From the IMG/VR virus record IMGVR_UViG_3300020042_004305, positions 1-28,599 of that record: a stretch of DNA of 28,599 bases, one strand, 5' to 3'. A model generated the notes under the pieces. It ran no database searches and was not told where the DNA came from. It saw only the letters and a list, made by a program, of their open reading frames with translations. Shown piece after piece: positions 25,796 to 28,599 of the stretch. Every line of letters starts with the position of its first letter. The first letter of the stretch is position 1. This DNA comes from a virus (taxonomy: Duplodnaviria; Caudoviricetes). The position numbers were made by a program, and so were the translations under genes.

Positions 25796-27585
25796 GTAAT
25801 CCAAGTTTAATACTACCACAAAGCCCCGCATTTGGCGAAGATTTTGTATACGCAGCCCAGGTGTATGATGGGGAAGTTCCCGTGTATGATGTGTTACCAC
25901 TAACCTTTACAAGGGCATCCAATGGATCACGCATCAACAAAGATGGGTTGGTTCAAAATATGCCGTATAATTTGATTACTGATTCTGAAAGAATTGATGT
26001 TAGCCCGTGGGCAATTTATGGAACGGGAACAGTTACGGCAAATGCTACAACCGCCCCAAACGGAACTTTGACCGCAGATAGATTTGTTCCATCGGTTGCA
26101 AATACTTCTCACGTTTTTGAGCAAAGTATGGGAACAACAAATGGCATTATTACAATGTCAATTTATGCGAAAGCGGATGGGTACGATTATATTTGTTTCA
26201 ATTCTTATGTTGGGGCATTCAATTATACTTGGTTCAATATATCCAACGGAACAATTGGCACGGTTGCAAGTGGAGTAACGGCATCTATTGAAAATGTTGG
26301 CAATGGTTGGTATCGTTGTATAGTGTCTATCTTGGGCGGTGCGACTACTTATTTTAGTATTATAACCGCCACTGCAAATGGTATAACTTCTTTTGCGGGA
26401 AACGGTACTTCGGGAATTTTTGTTTGGGGAGCGCAATTAAACATTGGAAGCACCGCACAACCATATTTAGCCACAACGGATAGATTGAATATGCCCCGTG
26501 TTACCTATCCCGTTGGTGGTGGGTGTGGGGCGTTGTTACTTGAGAAGCAGTCGACGAATCTTGCACTATATTCAGAAGATTTTAGTAATGCAGCGTGGAC
26601 AAAAACTGCAATAACACTGACTGCAAATGCTACAACTTCACCCGACGGCACGACAAATGCTACTAGCATAATACCAACTACTGCAAATGTTAATAACCAT
26701 AGAGTTTTTGAAACTAATTCACATTCTGTTGCAACTGCAAGTTATTCAATTTTTGTAAAACCCAATGGTTACAATCGAGTTGCATTTAGAGAAAGCGGAA
26801 CAACGGGTGCGGCGATTGGATTTGATTTACTCAATCAAACAATTATCACAACATATTCAGCGGGTGGATGCACTGCAAGTGGTGGTCAAATAGAAAATAT
26901 GGGCAATGGTTGGTATCGCATCAGTGGGATTTTTTCTTTTGCATCCGCAACCGCTCAAAATTTAGGATTGTATATTGTTTCTCCAAGTTGGACATCAGGA
27001 GACCCCGAGACTGTGGCTTGGTCAGGGAATGGCACGGATGGAGTATTTTTATACGGCGCACAGTTTGAAGCATCATCTTACCCCACATCGTATATACCAA
27101 CTACAACTGCAAGTGCGACCCGTATTGCCGATGCGTGTTACAAAACGGGTATAAGTAGTTTGATTGGGCAGACGGAGGGAACTTTGTTTTGGCAGATTCA
27201 ACGAAACGACACAGACAATGATTCTCGTTTACAAATTTCCGATGGTACTACAAATAATTGGTTATTTGTATCTATTGAAACGGGGTTAAATTTGAGATTA
27301 TATTGCAATGTTGGAGGCGTTAATCAATTTAGCGCATATGGTCCAGTGCAAAGTAATGCAACGCATAAAATTGCAGCAGCATATAAAAATAATGATTTTA
27401 AAGTTTATGTAGATGGAGTTGCGTCAATTACTCAAACAAGCGGAAGCGTTCCTACTTGCTCGCAATTAGACATTGGCAATGCTTCGCCAACTGGTTCAGT
27501 TTTATCAACATCGCAAATTGGAGAAGTAATCTTATTCAAAACCCGTTTAACCAACGCCGAATTAGCAACCTTAACAACACTATGA
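25792..27585 (+). CDS. Fibre/spike protein B, paralog of A
   Basis: Same architecture as A; ATGA-coupled start at 25792; shares identical DNA blocks with A. Confidence 0.72.
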   Translation: MSNPSLILPQSPAFGEDFVYAAQVYDGEVPVYDVLPLTFTRASNGSRINKDGLVQNMPYNLITDSERIDVSPWAIYGTGTVTANATTAPNGTLTADRFVPSVANTSHVFEQSMGTTNGIITMSIYAKADGYDYICFNSYVGAFNYTWFNISNGTIGTVASGVTASIENVGNGWYRCIVSILGGATTYFSIITATANGITSFAGNGTSGIFVWGAQLNIGSTAQPYLATTDRLNMPRVTYPVGGGCGALLLEKQSTNLALYSEDFSNAAWTKTAITLTANATTSPDGTTNATSIIPTTANVNNHRVFETNSHSVATASYSIFVKPNGYNRVAFRESGTTGAAIGFDLLNQTIITTYSAGGCTASGGQIENMGNGWYRISGIFSFASATAQNLGLYIVSPSWTSGDPETVAWSGNGTDGVFLYGAQFEASSYPTSYIPTTTASATRIADACYKTGISSLIGQTEGTLFWQIQRNDTDNDSRLQISDGTTNNWLFVSIETGLNLRLYCNVGGVNQFSAYGPVQSNATHKIAAAYKNNDFKVYVDGVASITQTSGSVPTCSQLDIGNASPTGSVLSTSQIGEVILFKTRLTNAELATLTTL

Positions 27586-27974
27586 AATCCTTTATAAAAT
27601 ACGAGTTCGCAAACGAAACCGAGTGGGCAACATACCAAGCCCAAATCCAACAAACCAACATCGGCCCCGATGGAACGGAATCAAAATCCTATGTAGGATG
27701 TGCCGTTGTGGAATTGGGTAACATTGTTTTGACCCCCGCCGTTATGGATGGTATGGATGTTATTACCCCCGCCGTGGTATCCACGCAATGGGCGATTGAT
27801 ATTCTATGGTACGAAGAACCCAAGCCCGATTTTACGGCATTTGAAGTATGGCCAAACCCAATGGGTATTCATACCTTTAGTGGTGATGATAACCTTTACT
27901 TGCAAGGGTTTTGTGCTAAGTTCCCCGATTCTCCTTATTGCATAACACCAACACCGAATGAAACATTTGAATGA
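27582..27974 (+). CDS. Hypothetical protein, possible fibre assembly factor
   Basis: ATGA-coupled start at 27582 (MKSFIKYEF...HTFSG). Confidence 0.65.
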   Translation: MKSFIKYEFANETEWATYQAQIQQTNIGPDGTESKSYVGCAVVELGNIVLTPAVMDGMDVITPAVVSTQWAIDILWYEEPKPDFTAFEVWPNPMGIHTFSGDDNLYLQGFCAKFPDSPYCITPTPNETFE

Positions 27975-28149
27975 TACAACGGCATCAATCGCCACGGCCA
28001 TTAGTGGATCCAGTGCAGTCGTTACTTTTGCTCAAATCTATACACCTTTGGTTACCTTTGGTGTGGGGATTCTTGGTATTGTATCGGGCATCTTGGCGGT
28101 TATATACTGGGTTAAGAAAATCAACAAGTTAGATGGCAAAGGCAAGTAA
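27958..28149 (+). CDS. Small membrane protein, holin/antiholin-like
   Basis: 63 aa; hydrophobic PLVTFGVGILGIVSGILAVIYW followed by a basic tail. Confidence 0.6.
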   Translation: MKHLNDTTASIATAISGSSAVVTFAQIYTPLVTFGVGILGIVSGILAVIYWVKKINKLDGKGK

Positions 28150-28249
28150 TGTAACCACCTTTCGTAAAAAGCCCAAGAACAAATTAGGCAGACATACGAA
28201 GCACATTAACAAACACAAGTCAAGCAAACCAAACCGAGGCCAGGGATGA
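28133..28249 (+). CDS. Very basic 38-aa peptide, absent from the ORF track
   Basis: MAKASNVTTFRKKPKNKLGRHTKHINKHKSSKPNRGQG; its TGA overlaps the holin ATG at 28246. Confidence 0.65.
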   Translation: MAKASNVTTFRKKPKNKLGRHTKHINKHKSSKPNRGQG

Positions 28250-28446
28250 TATTCAAAGAATCAAACGGCAAATGGAGTTCAAAACGATTCGTGGGTATCA
28301 CGGGTGCGTGTGTGCTATTTGCAACGCTTGTGTTGAACGCAATCCACCCAGTTGATATGTCGGGGTCAAAAGAGATTATAAGTGCCGTAGAATGGATTGT
28401 TATCCTTTCTTTGGGTTTTACATCAATTGATAAATTTAGCAAATGA
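28246..28446 (+). CDS. Putative holin with 2 TM segments
   Basis: WSSKRFVG plus two hydrophobic segments; coupled to the endolysin. Confidence 0.68.
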   Translation: MIFKESNGKWSSKRFVGITGACVLFATLVLNAIHPVDMSGSKEIISAVEWIVILSLGFTSIDKFSK

Positions 28447-28599
28447 AAACTAAACAAGTACATTTTAGGTCGTATAACTACGAAAAAATAGAAAAGAAGC
28501 AAATCTATTTACACCACACGGCGGGTGGGCCAAGTGGCGAACAAGTGTTTGAATACTGGGCATCAGATGATAAGAAGGTAGCAACTTGCGTAGCCATTA
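28443..28599 (+). CDS. Endolysin, N-acetylmuramoyl-L-alanine amidase (Amidase_2-like), 3'-truncated
   Basis: MKTKQVHF...KKQIYLHHTAGGPSGEQVFEYW; the zinc-ligand motif is LHHTA. Confidence 0.8.
   Translation, partial: MKTKQVHFRSYNYEKIEKKQIYLHHTAGGPSGEQVFEYWASDDKKVATCVAI

Larger units (their letters stand above)
1..28599 (+). mobile_element. Tailed dsDNA bacteriophage or prophage genome segment, siphovirus-like, probable Bacteroidota host
   Basis: Terminase, portal, prohead protease, capsid, tape measure, holins and amidase all lie on one strand. No integrase, att site or host gene is in the window. Confidence 0.97.

Noticed and set aside
24056-27585. Diversity-generating retroelement or invertible shufflon in the fibre genes
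   Set aside because: No reverse transcriptase or invertase in the window. The repeats are short, direct and inside coding sequence, with no adenine-specific TR/VR pair seen.
12615-27945. Alternative-frame + strand ORFs nested in structural genes (12615, 21128, 23761, 24658, 26084, 26868, 27748)
   Set aside because: Short, with no slippery site, coupling or motif, unlike the 9937-10194 frame.
1283-28502. All minus-strand ORFs in the track, including 15428..16126 (232 aa) and 19474..20154 (226 aa)
   Set aside because: They are antisense shadows of well-supported + strand genes, with no recognisable motifs or expression signals.
1-28599. CRISPR array, tRNA/rRNA genes, introns/inteins, alternative genetic code
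   Set aside because: No spaced repeats or cloverleaf seen by eye. Intergenic gaps are tiny, terL and capsid are uninterrupted, and code 11 gives dense coding with all three stops used.
1-28599. Apparent scarcity of some 4-mers (e.g. CTAG, AGCT) and higher AT content in the left part
   Set aside because: Impression only. It needs a k-mer observed/expected and GC-window calculation that I cannot run.

Overview
This 28.6-kb window is an AT-rich fragment of a tailed, siphovirus-like dsDNA phage or prophage. All credible genes are on the + strand, and many are coupled by ATGA/TAATG overlaps. The host is probably Bacteroidota, based on TTTG-N20-TAnnTTT(A) promoters. Gene order: small middle genes, HNH, VRR-NUC and an ECF-like sigma factor; a ParB-led putative DNA-modification cluster (TAGT/GREB1-like glycosyltransferase, SAM methyltransferase, stand-alone RarA/MgsA C-terminal-like protein, PIG-L deacetylase, WbqC-like) abutting terS/terL; an accessory cassette (RadC/JAB, a hidden acidic peptide, a PAPS-reductase-like protein); tail genes; protease, scaffold, capsid, major tail protein, portal and adaptor; a u-spanin candidate; two paralogous fibre proteins; and holins plus a truncated amidase. 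Five signals stand out. (1) A candidate glycosylate/deacetylate/re-acylate DNA hypermodification pathway. (2) Five exactly spaced AACA-N14-(C/A)GTTTT-N6/7-ATG sites, consistent with phage-sigma late promoters that give leaderless mRNAs. (3) A T9 -1 frameshift with a dual-coded region in the putative tail chaperone. (4) A dnaX-like A_AAA_AAG site that would give short and long portal forms. (5) Identical DNA blocks flanking variable modules in the fibre paralogs. All family calls come from motif recognition by eye; no database searches were run.
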